This document shows, in pieces, positions 44,538 through 56,589 of a DNA stretch of 64,000 bases (position 1 is its first letter; the number at the start of each line of letters is the position of its first letter). Source of the stretch: Bigelowiella natans CCMP2755 (taxonomy: Eukaryota; Protista; Cercozoa); contig ADNK01000135.1 of NCBI GenBank assembly GCA_000320545.1, forward strand, positions 93,611 to 157,610. Direction: 5' to 3'. The position numbers were made by a program, and so were the translations under genes. The notes beneath the pieces are model-generated. The model searched no databases, had not been told where the DNA came from, and saw only the letters and a list, made by a program, of their open reading frames with translations.

Positions 44538-45577
44538 ACTACTACTTTGTCCACTCATAATTTGGCTACTGGCTGCTAGGTATATCTCGCAGACTCCGAC
44601 AACGGCACAATCAAAAGGATCCCCCACGAGGGTAAGAGGGGAGAGCGAAGAAGAGCTGGTGGAAAAGGAAGGGAGGGGGGGGGTGACCGGAAATTGAGTA
44701 GAATGTATTTGTCATTGTGCACAGTCAGTCATCACATCCTCCCTGTCTCTTTCTTGTGTGTTGAAGGAGGAAAGGTGGAGCTTTGGACAGGAAATCCCGT
44801 TTTGGTAGTACTACTACTATCTAACTATCCATCTCTCCAGTAGGAGGAGGAGAGGAGGACTGCTATGTTGACTGATGCTTGTGATGATAATAGTGAGCGC
44901 GATTATCACATAATATGACATTTACTATTGATACCACCAAACATTGTCATCAGAATCATCATTATGATGTTGTAATCACAATTATCATTATCAGTACCCA
45001 ATTCCAGAGGATGGGGTAGGGTCTGCGGCTCAGTTCAAAATGCCATTGGTACGTGCTCGTCCGCTGCTTCTGCTTCTGCTTACACTTCACACATTGGCTC
45101 TTCTTGCTTGTGTCATCCGCAATGCCAGTAGATTACAGCAAAAACCTAGTATTGCGTCTTTTGCCTATGTTGGGTGGTAGCAAAATGAGCTTTAGTACTG
45201 CTATGCCTGCTTGGCCGCCATCCTATTAGTCTATTGATGGGTTGATTCATTGATTGATTGATATATACCAAAAGGGCATCCATTATGGGAGTGGTGGGTA
45301 TCTATATGTCGCAGATACCGGCCACAGTATCATTCGAAAGATTTCGCCAGGTTTGCCATACTTCCTCCTCCTCGTCCTCTTCTTCTTCTTCCTCCTCTTC
45401 TTTTTCCAATTTGCTCCTCCTATAGTTGTCATGATAACTATTTTCCTCTATTGTCCACAGATCGCAACGTGACCTCGTTGGGTTATTTCCATAACTTCGA
45501 TCATCCCCACGGCTCATACTGGTTGGTACTACGACGACGAACGTCAAACAAAGAGACAGACGACCCTTCTGGGATAT

Positions 45578-45629
<52 letters not shown>

Positions 45630-45793
45630 CCTTCCGATCTACCTCTCTCTATTCCCTTCCTCACTCATCATATCTCCTTTTTTAATATTATATCGGCAAA
45701 AAGGGACGGAGTCGCTTCCAAGTCGAGATTTAATTATGTCGCCTTCCATACATGGCAGCAGCACATCACAACAACACACGCACGCAAACGCAC

Positions 45794-45836
<43 letters not shown>

Positions 45837-47965
45837 GAGGAGAGATGGGGATGAAGGGGAGGAGCGTACGTCTCCGCAAAAGATATACTTAATCGATGTA
45901 TATATACTGTGATTAGCCTTTTGCCCTCTTCGAGAGGTTCGGGTATCTATTCATTGCAGACTCAAACAATGTTGTTATCAGAAAGGTCTAATGTGATGCT
46001 CATTCTGCTGCTGCTGCTAATTGGATGATGTGTTATCCACCTTGATTAGTTGCGATATGAGATCTCTCCGTCATTGATTAACGGTGTTATTTGTTTGTCA
46101 TTGCGACCAAGTAGTCGCTGATTAACGGTGTTATTTGATTGTCATTACGACCAAGTAGTCGCACGAATGAGTGAATAAATGGCTCCTTTGAATGGTAGTT
46201 TTGCTCAGTGTCTACGATCCCATAATACAGATGCAGCTCAGCGGGGATTACGAAGTTACGACAGTGGCAGGTTTGTTCTTTGGAACACTTCTTCTTCTTC
46301 TTCTTCTTCTTCTTCGTCTTCTTCTACTTGTACTGCAGTAAGAAGAAGAGCAATATAGCAGCAGCAACATCAAGGAGAAGAAGAATAAAGAGAAGAAACG
46401 AATTGTTGAAATGAAAAAAAAGAAGATATACCACCCCGTCCTCCGAGCAGAACTATCATTTCTGCCTCCTCTCCATATTACTTAGAGGACTGGTGTCAAA
46501 TTAAATATACATAAATCGCGACAGTTTCATTGTACTTACTTAAATGACATTGTATTAGGTGGCAAAAAGTACCCTGCCAAGGTTCATTTCTACTTCTCCT
46601 TCATCACATCATCACCATCCTCTTTTCTCTCCTTCTTCTTCTTCTTCTTCGATATATCTATCTACCCCTACATCTTTATCATTGTCGTCGTCACCATCTT
46701 CATCATCATATCTTGTTGTCTTTCATCATTACTAAGGAACATAATGAGTAGTTCCATGGTCACCGAGATCTGCTGCCTTCTCTCTCTCTCTCTCTCTGTC
46801 CATTTATCTACTTGATCTCTCTCTTCTGCCAATCCACTCTCTGTCTTTTCTCATACTGTTCAGTGAGACAACATCGAACGAGTGATCTCACATCTCTCAT
46901 ATATCTCATATATCATCTTACTTACATCTTATCAGGAGCCAGAAGAAGGTTGGGAGTGCAGTTTGGAATCTAGATTTCATGCGGCCTCCTGGAGAGACGG
47001 AAGCTCAAAGGTAGTAAGTACTAGTGGCACTAGTAGTTGTAGTAGTAGTAGTAGTGGTAATAATAGTAGCAGTACTAGTAATACTCTGACTGTTGCGCCA
47101 CATCACCAACGCAATGCATCTTGCTGCTGCAAAATGATGACAATAGTGGCGGGGGGGGGGGGGGGGGGAGAAGGTAGAAACAAATGATGATGCTCTCAAA
47201 GTATGCCTGTGAGTCCGTTGAGCGTTGTCAAACGAACGATGAAGGATGAAGGATATGAGGAGGTACGTGCTTATTCTTGCAACTATTGCTGCTGCTGTTG
47301 GTGGTGTATACAGACCGCCAACTTTCAGCATCCAATCGGTCTAGCTGTGGACAGGTAGTAGCGATCTTTGTCTATGGTGCTAGGAGGATGGTGTTGAGGA
47401 GAATGAGGATGATCATACGATACTATGCTATTAATGTAGTATAAGTGTCATATTCCTACTGTTATTCCCCAATGCGTGCCAGCTCCTATTTGAGAACATG
47501 TTTTTGTTTGTATGTGTGTGTGTGTGTTTGTGTGTTTCTGCCATAATCATGATTCGTGACAACAACAATGTATTTTTTACATCGTTGTCAGTAAAGGAAA
47601 CATCTTTGTGGTGGACAATCCAGGAATTGCCAAAAATTGCCCTCAAGGCGTCCGTAAGGTGGCGTTAAGAAGATCAAACTAAACAAGAAGAAGAAGGAGA
47701 AGAGAAGAAGTTGGAGAATATAGTATGGTGCGTAGAAAGGGTATAACTGTTATTATGTTTGTATGATTTCATCAGATTTGCCCCAACGGCTTCGTCACAA
47801 GTTTCGCAGGATTCGAAGAAGGATTTGCGGATGGAATGGGGTAGTTACTAACAACAACATGCTATTATCACTAAAAAGACTGTAGAATCAGCTCTTACCC
47901 AACCTTTTTCAACGCATGTATGTAAGTCCTCATGTCTAGTCTAGTCCACATTGTGTTTCCCTTCT

Positions 47966-48010
<45 letters not shown>

Positions 48011-48680
48011 CCTCCCCCCCTCTTCCTTCTTCTCTTGTTCTCCCACTCGTATAGAACGGAGGCCAAATTTCACAGTCCTTACGGCATCGATATTGTAAGC
48101 TACATGAGAGTAACCGCGCCATAGACGTTAGTGATGATGTTAGTGATGATGATCTTTTTTAATTCGACTGTGAAGGAGAAGAAGAAAAAGAAAAAGAAGG
48201 AGATACCTACGACGTATGAATTTTCTTCAGGGTTGCATTAAACCCAATGGATACAAACCTGTAGAATAATATTATATACATAAATGATGTGATTGATTGT
48301 TGTGCGTATACATTCACGAAGAACAACTCTGATCATGGTCATCATCATCATCATTATCACATTATCACCAACATTACAGGATGATAGGGACACGCTCTAT
48401 GTGACCGACAGCCTGAATCACGCCATAAGAATGATATCTCCTGACGGCAACGTGACAACGGTGTGATCCACGACAACAACAACAATTAAAAAAACAGCAA
48501 AAACAAAAACAATGCGAACAACGAGGATGAACAACCTTCACATATGGAATTTATAATAATTAATAAAGCAACTAATTCTTACCGCTGCTCCAGATTGTGG
48601 GAAATGGCACCTGTGGAGACACGGATGGATCCCCGTACGTGTGGCCATTAACAACACCACAAATAGAAAACAGTGGAGGA

Positions 48681-48713
<33 letters not shown>

Positions 48714-49172
48714 AATGATGATGATGATGACGAACAAGTTGGCTGGCACACAGCAGTAGCAGCAGCCCCCAGCAATGCTATGATCTCGTTTTGCTACTTG
48801 CGGTGATCAATGAATGTGATTTCACTCGGCTATTACTCATCATTTTATCAAGGAGTCATCATCATTGTAGTAATTTATTGATGTACGCACTACTACTCCT
48901 AAAATAGACTGCGAGCGAATCTTGATGAACCACGAGGAATAGCCGTAGCTCCTGATGGGTAGTCGTAGTAGCAGCAGCAGTAGTAGTAGCAGAAGTAGTT
49001 GCTAGATGAGCGTGTAAATCAATTCAAATGATGATTCATGTCTATATGCGATTTTAAGAGTCATAGCTGATCGGTGTGTTTACTTGTTCCTATTTTCCGC
49101 AGGTGCATATATGTGTCTGATGCAGAGAATACGAAGGTCAGTTTGTCTTCGCGCTCTTCGGCCTTCATATAC

Positions 49173-49212
<40 letters not shown>

Positions 49213-49285
49213 AAATTCTGTAGACTAACTATTCTCTAACTACAATCTATCTCTCTTGATACTGCACGGAAAGCATGCATATTCT

Positions 49286-49325
<40 letters not shown>

Positions 49326-50003
49326 TCCTTCTCGCATGTTTTCCCCTTACCCATCATCGAAGCTAAGGCTGCTATTATGCATACTTCCTAAACAACTGCA
49401 GCAGCCAAGTGTGATGGTATGTAGCTTCTCAATTACTTCTTCTTTCTCTTCGTGTTGGTATTTATCAAAGATAAAGAAAATAAAACCTTATAAAGTTCCA
49501 CGGACTCCAGATCCCGAGGAAGAGGTTGGTTACAGAACGGCAACGACGACGACGACGACGACGACGACGACACGTGTGCAATAGTTTTGTAGTTCGCCTA
49601 ACTAGTAAAACATAAAACCTATTCTTCGTTTGTGTGTGTGTGTGTGTGTTGTGTGTCGGTTGTTGCAGCTGCAGAAGCACGATAGGGTAAACTGGTCTCC
49701 TGACCCAAAGGTTGATTCTCCACTCTAAAGCAGATACTACTTCCGGTTTTTTATGATAGTTATATGAACAATTAAATTGCAATGCACTGGTTGAATGTTT
49801 TCCGTCTAACCACCACCAACAGTTCATTCGAGCACCCGAATTGGAGCCTGAAAGTGAGCCCCGCGAAGTTTTCGAGCATTTCACATGCGACTGGAAAAAA
49901 GACCAAGCGTGACACTGATCGACAGCACTGTAGGCGTACAATGCATGAGATTGGCGACTCTGAGAAAGAGATGGCTTTGGGGAAATTAATCTTAATCAAG
50001 TAG
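41622..50003 (+). CDS. NHL-repeat (beta-propeller) protein with N-terminal signal peptide, highly fragmented; 3' end approximate
   Basis: MPRKVIAFVAVLLALCLVVFPP leader. NHL motifs: DGVGSAAQFKMP|GIHYGSGGYLYVADTGHSIIRKISP; LFIADSNNVVIRK; GFVTSFAGFEEGFADG; AKFHSPYGI; LYVTDSLNHAIRMISPDGNVTT|IVGNGTCGDTDG; LDEPRGIAVAPDG. Confidence 0.8.
46075..46162. repeat. 44-bp intronic tandem duplication
   Basis: tgattaacggtgttatttg(t/a)ttgtcatt(g/a)cgaccaagtagtcgc occurs twice. Confidence 0.85.
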
Positions 50004-50552
50004 CAGCAGGCTGCGCTTGTCTATAACCACGTTGAAGATGTATTCGAAAGTACACACCGCCGTTTTTGTTCTTCACTGAATAAGCAAGGTGTACAACAAT
50101 AGCCCACATGCATGTCACATGCATGGCATCGTACACTTGCATATGTTTATCATTTACGTACACATACGATATGTATTTGCATTGCGGGTTGTCAAGTGCG
50201 AAGTCTGGTGCTTGACTCTAGGACTAGCTAGCATGCATCGTATCTCGTCATTGCCCTGGGCTTATTTGCGTTAATATTTTAGCTCACTTGGTATATCTAA
50301 ATATGGTGTGCGACGGTTATGTTGGATGTCACATTCATCATGCTTGCAAACATAGCGCTGGCTAAGAACAGTAGGGTATTCGTTTGGGTGCAAACTAGCA
50401 AGCACGAACATACGAGCATGAACGCCACAGCTGCGCATCATTCAATAATATGTGTGTCAACGTAAACGTAGACGATTTCTCTTTCTTAAATTGAATTAAG
50501 CTTTGTTATTGAATAAGTATAAAACTTACACTTCAACTAGGGTTTATTAGGG

Positions 50553-51845
50553 CTAGTTTTTGTTCCTGTCATACCCATCCATACGATCCAAAGCAGCTTG
50601 CCAGTCATTAAATCCCTGCGCATTTGTAAGATTAAGAGACCACAAACATACTTTGGTAAAATAGTAGAGTATTTTTGGTCAACATGTAACATTTACCTGA
50701 ACTCCTTTGAAAAACAGCCATCCAGCGCTTGGCAGACCCGTTAAAGCAAATGTCCCCAAAAGTGGCAGGTATAACGGGCTGAAACAATGATTTATTCTCT
50801 CCATAAACTTACTGCTTAGAATAATCGATTCAAAAGGTTACTGAACGTTGGAAGCATGTATGAATCTTGTGGCTTTACGCGTGTTTGCATTTGAGAAAAG
50901 GTAGCGCTACCTATCTGCTGGAATGACCCCAAACGCAGGGTTTTTGGCAGCAATCTCAAAAAAGCTCCCAACAGCCGCTATCGTCACGAGGCCCGACCCG
51001 AGCAGATAGAAACCGAATGGAAGCTAAGTGACAGTAGCGTTTTGAATTTATGTGGGAAAGTTAGGGCGAATGCAAGTTAGCGAATAGTTAACTGGCAAAG
51101 TAAACCACCACAAGATGGCACGATTCTAATCAATACCGCGTTTCCGCCGCCTGTGCTTTGGGTTTGAAGAGGAGGTGGCTCCACGGGCTTGATAGAAGCT
51201 GCGAAACAGAAATAGATATTAGAAAAATAATATGTTACTCGCATAAATTGTTTCTTAGCAACCTGTTGCATTAGCTTCCGCATCTTGCACTGCATTAACG
51301 ATCCACCTTTCTCTGAAAGTAGGCGTGTTTTCCACTATTTCTTTCCTGCATCCGCCTGGTGATACGTTTATATGCACTAGTTCAGTGTAACATATAACAT
51401 GAAGACATAGCTGATTTGGGGTTTTAAATTCTAGTAGACAACCTTGGTGAAATTGAGACATGTGGCCCGAGAAGACAGATGGGGAGGCCATTCTTGTTCG
51501 GATATGTTGCATTCTCATGCGAGTCGCTGAGTGAACGGAAGGAATGCTATTATCACGATCTCAAGAGCGTAGGAATTGATTATGAATGTATAGATACGGT
51601 GATATTTGGAATGATTTCGCGTTGGCGATAAGCTGAACGATTGGCCACACATCGACGTAGCCCCACAACACACAAATTCACCCCAAAACTCCACAAAGTA
51701 CACCTTGTGATCTTCTAAGTAGGGCTGCATTTCCACTACTATGGGATCTAATTCCGGAGACGAGGCAAACGAGAAGAGTGGATAACAATGCAACAGCGAT
51801 GAAGGCCAACGAGGGCTTGCCGGAGGAGCACGTGGCAGCTGCCAT
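50553..51845 (-). CDS. Probable plastid-targeted small membrane protein (signal + transit-like leader), green-lineage type, multi-exon
   Basis: Leader MAAATCSSGKPSLAFIAVALLSTLLVCLVSGIRSHSSGNAALLRRSQ. Mature part LPFGFYLLGSGLVTIAAVGSFFEIAAKNPAFGVIPAD|SPLYLPLLGTFALTGLPSAGWLFSK|...FNDWQAALDRMDGYDRNKN*. From recollection this resembles an uncharacterised plant/green-algal chloroplast protein (TIAA.GS.FE...NP.FG...TG.P...D..DGY); not database-checked. Confidence 0.7.
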
Positions 51846-52287
51846 TTTGCGTTGTGGCAAATTTATATGCGACAAGGAAATATGTATGACACATCTCGCA
51901 AAATGCCAGTGTCTATATTAAATTATTTTGAATTCGAAATTCAATAAATGTCCTATATTTTATAGATGCGACAACCCAATATTGCACTCGAAATCTAGGT
52001 CGAGTGTACTCGTGGCAGAGCTCCCTCCCCCTGTCCTCTTGCAGGTTGTCAGTCAGTGATTGAAAATTCATGAAGAGAGAGGAGTTCGGAAATTTACCAT
52101 ATAATATAAGCAATTACCCTTCCCGAGAGGTTGAAAGTTGATTAGATGAAAGTCGCTGTTGAAAAGGATGTATTTAGTGCGTTGAACAGTCTCACGGAAG
52201 CATTTCCCGAATACGTGCTAGATCGAAACTATTACTGAAGCTGTGCTTCGCTGTTTTCAATCAGGAATAACTTATTATTGTATCCTA

Positions 52288-54067
52288 ATGGGCACAACTT
52301 TACGAGAATTGAATGAAAGGCTGACTGAGGTTGATACTACAACTGTGTATTTGGGTGGACGTGAAATACAGTGACAACTGTAATTTTATGCAAACAGATT
52401 GAGAATAAATTGTTTGTTCCGGGTCACTTCAAGGGAGCTGAAGTTGAATGCAGAGCAATACTCAATGACAGCTATACGAAGGTAAAGCTCCTACGGATTC
52501 GTTTACTTTCCAATGTTAACATATTCACTCCACAGACGGATAAAAGTTTGCAAGACTGCACAGTTATTCTCTGCATTCAGGTTAGTTGTTTAATTTCAAG
52601 AGTGTAGCATATTCCTTAAGTAAATATGATATGTTCAAAGGCGATGTTCGAGCAACAGAAGTCTCCAAAAGAAGTGGATGAATTCGTCTTAGAACAATAC
52701 GAATCTTTTATCAAGACCCCTTACCAAGTTTTCGCAATCTGGTAGGCATAATAACACTACAGTATATTTATTTGCAACAGCACAGGAACATTTATTAATC
52801 GTCATCATATCAATTTTATTTTTAGGTTCCAGTACAAAGTGTACAGACGAGATTTGAGCAGTGCCTGCAGTGCTGGGATAGAATATCTTGCACGCAACAA
52901 GGTTGTATTAAGACATCCTAAAAGCCTTTTCGATTTCTAACCCTTATTATTTCTTTTCTTTCCCGCAGAATGCTCTTGAACAGTGGCAATATGATGAATT
53001 CATAGAGCTGCTGGTGTTCCATTGCCTCACAGGTTGCGCCACACATGCCTTTGTGCTAGCAGCAACATCTTCTTCATACGACTCACCATCCTTATAATAC
53101 AGAACTCGGTGAATACAAGCGCGCCCTAAGGTTTCTAAAGAGAAACACTTACTTATCCAAATCGAAGAAGACAAAATATATCAAGGAATTGCAAAGGTGG
53201 TGGCACTTCTTTAGTCGCTCGAGATGAATGCATCTTTGCAAGTGACATCACCCATTTATACAGATTGATTCGTGGGGAAGATGGCGACATCGAAACTGCA
53301 GCACCGTCCTCAATGCATAAAGGCAAGAGGAGCTTACATAGTAAAGGCGTTGATACTGGAGGAATAGAGGAGAGCAAAAAAGGAGGTGCAACATCTGCTA
53401 GCAGCGGAACTCAAAGCTTTGGCAATATTGGGAAAGACATATTTGAGTCAAAGAAAAATGCTCTATCTCAAAAAGAGAAGCAAGGGGTATTTGTCTAAGA
53501 ATATTATGTTATTTGCAGGTGATTTATGCATCTTCTAATCTATGTGTCCCACCCAGCAGCAAGGAAGGCCAGCTTTAACACGTTGGGAACGAGTGATGAT
53601 TTTGCTTCGCAAGTTTTTGAAGGTTGCCAAAATAATCCCACTTTGTTATATGAGCAGCACGATCAATTTGAATATTTGTATCAGTTTAGTGTCGTTTATC
53701 TGCTCCCCTTTTCTCTCCTTGTGTGAGTGATTTATTTCTTTATTGAGTCTGTTTTTGTCGTCAGAGATTAAAAGAGGTGGCACCTGTGGCTTTCGCGCTG
53801 ATCTTCGTAGGGATTTTATTGCTACTTATGAGAAATGCAGTTAGTTCTGTTCGGTTCGATCGTCTCAAGTAAGTAAAATGACATAAGTTTAGATACCCAC
53901 GTTCTAGAATTTAAAATTTGTTTACATAATTTCTCTTTCCTCAATTCTCTTTCCCTCTCGTGCGTCTTGTTCTATTTTCATTCATACTGATGTGAAAATG
54001 TGATTACAGGCTAGAGGCAAAACGTTTTTTAAGTTTATTCTTCGCATTGGATCCACTGTCAAGATAG
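52288..54067 (+). CDS. Pex26/Pex15/APEM9-like tail-anchored peroxin (possible upstream start at ~52147)
   Basis: Spliced: IENKLFVPGHFKGAEVECRAIL...|DCTVILCIQ|AMFEQQKSPKEVDEFVLEQYESFIKTPYQVFAIW|...QYDEFIELLVFHCLT|ELGEYKRALRFL..., then a low-complexity linker and a single C-terminal TM (VAPVAFALIFVGILLLLM). The pattern parallels PEX26 (LVV..DF.AA..C; C.VGIQAL.E; VL.YY...K.P..V; EY....E..V...L.PLG). Confidence 0.6.
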
Positions 54068-54149
54068 TCATCTAAATTCGGTAATGATATTCCTAACTTG
54101 TAAATAAACGACACCAGAAAATATGCAGAGTTCTTTGTTGTACGGGGTA

Positions 54150-55200
54150 GATACAACTATGCATGACACCATTGTACATACAGCAGCCTAACATTGTTGC
54201 AAATCACGACTGTGGGGCGTAACTGATAACCACGCATCGCGTTGCAGCGCATGTGCAGCATGCAGCAATTTGCGATGTGATCAAAGTGTAGCAAAAATTA
54301 CATGCTTGCAATTGTCACGCGCAATGAGTACGCAAATGTCCACGACGCTCGACGGACCAGCACTGGTGTCACTTATACACTTTCTCACAGACGGGCAGCC
54401 ACACAGCCAAAAACATTGCTACATCATGGGCCGCGCTACGTGCAGCTAGCTAGCTAGCTAGATGCGATGGGCATGCTGCTGGCATCTGGAGCATGTGTGT
54501 AATGTGCATGCGCACAGTGAACGCGTTGCGAAGTCACGAACGAGTGCCATCGACTGCTAGTCGAATCAAAGTTGTGCAATGTGTGATCATGTCATGCTAG
54601 CATGAGCTAGTGAGCCACAGTTGTCCAAGCTGCTAGACTGCGCGTTCACGTGCTAGCGTGCGTCCATGGACATGCTTCGATCGAGCAACAGCAGATCTAA
54701 ACGGCAACGCCAGGACGTGTGTGATGCGCGTACAGCTCACAGACCATTAATCAGCAATGCTGGCAACAAGTGCCATCTACTAGTCTGCGTTCTGTGCGCT
54801 CGATCGTATCAAGCATGTCTAGCTAGCTAGCTAGATGTGTCTACATGCGCTAGTGCGGCTTTCGATCAGCATCAATGCTCTAATGCCATTGTCTGTGTCG
54901 TGTGTCGTATGTGGGTGTGGATGGGTGCGTGCACTAGTGCACATACGGTCATGCTACTAGCTAGCACATGCGCTGCGAGTAATCTAACATGCATGTAGGA
55001 TGCACTCGCAACCCTAGAACCTGTTGTACACACGCTGGCGCACAAGCATGCGATGCTCTACGCTCTACATCTAGACATGCGCTATAGCGCGTGTTCGACC
55101 GGCACCCAACTCGTAGCATTTCCATGTGCACCCCTAATAAATTACGTAATTAAGGTATCTGGTGTGTAGCTAGATAGCGTGCATATCTGATTCCGCACAC
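54150..55200. other. TpA-depleted, CTAG/(AGCT)n-rich island D
   Basis: agctagctagctagctag at ~54445 and ~54820; abundant gcatgc, tgca and cgcg; residual TAs mostly in CTA/TAG. Confidence 0.75.
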
Positions 55201-56589
55201 CGCCAATAGATGGATCAGATTTTGTTGGCCAGGCTGCATTAAACCAAATGTAAATTTGCTTTACATTCACTGCTCTCGTGAGATAAATCGCACGCTCATT
55301 TTTAATTACTTAATTTTTTTTCTGAAAGTTCTTCTTCAAAATCATCATGTGAATAGAGTTAAATCTGTATCATCTGGAAACTCTGTAACTTTAATGAAAA
55401 GGGCGAACGTGCAGATGAAGAAAACGAAGGTGACTTTGAGGTTTTGGTATGACTTCTTCAGACCTTCATATTTAAAATCAGCCTAAAGTATTGTGTGGGG
55501 GTTGAGTATACAACAATCTAAATTACTGTTAGATTGACAGCTAAGATTGTCAATAATAATACTCTTCATCATTAACACCGTCAGTCAGTCACGTGCTTAT
55601 CTACTGCTAGTACTACTTATATATCTACTCCTCCTCATTGACATCAAATAAGCTCATACCTTCTCTTCAAGCTGCTTAATTTTCTTATTGGCCTCCTCCT
55701 ACAATAAATGAGGTGCTGATAATGATGACGATGGCAAGAAGACTTTTGGTTTGAAAACATCAAAGAATCAAATGATCCTTAATTTTTTTGTCCCTAACTA
55801 TTGACTAGGCAGGCATTTGAAGAATGCTGCTCTACCACGTTGCTTACGAATTTCACATTACATATTTCATTTCCTTCCTATCGAATGCGAAAACCACCTT
55901 TTCTTTTCCTAGATCGACGTACAATTGGCGGAGCTTCATACACCCTTCCTTCCATTTCTTCCAATCTTTGTCCTCATTTTTGTCCACCATAGAGAGTCGT
56001 GTGCCCTCAGTGTCCTTTCTTTGACAAGTGTTCTGTTTCTTCTTTTAAGACCCGAATTGGTAGCATTTGCTCAGCACAAATTACGAAAATCCCCTGTTGC
56101 AAACTCCTGCGTCTACGTAAAATTTCTGCTGCTCATCATGCATGTAATTCTTTCTACATGTAGATCTATCGTGAATTTTGTGGATTTTGACGGTGCGTCA
56201 TAGAAGAGAATGGGTTTTTGTACGGAAACGCAGGGGGGAAAGCATACTGCGAAGCCGGGATTTGTGATGTTCGGAAGTCCTGAAATTGAACCGTTAAAAA
56301 AGGTAACGGCCAGAGAACGGAGAATGGACGACGACACCTCTTTCTATGGACATGATCTGACTGATCAATTCTGTCCCTCAGGCCTTTAGCCGTCATTTGG
56401 CCTTACGACAGCAGGAACAATTAGCATTAGCCTTAAAGTTCGCTTTCGGCTACAGAACTGAGCGAATTTAGCAGCGTAACGTGACACATTGGCAGGTAAT
56501 CTGAATTGTAGAATGACGACATTTGCTCCTCGGGGATATGCGGGAACGAAAACAAAGACTCAGAATGACTCGAAACATGTTGCAGACCA

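Noticed and set aside
55300-56480. Possible small spliced + strand gene upstream of the TBL gene
   Set aside because: Some exon-like pieces (ENGFLYGNAGGKHTAKPGFVMFGSPE) are present, but I could not build a coherent model or assign a function.
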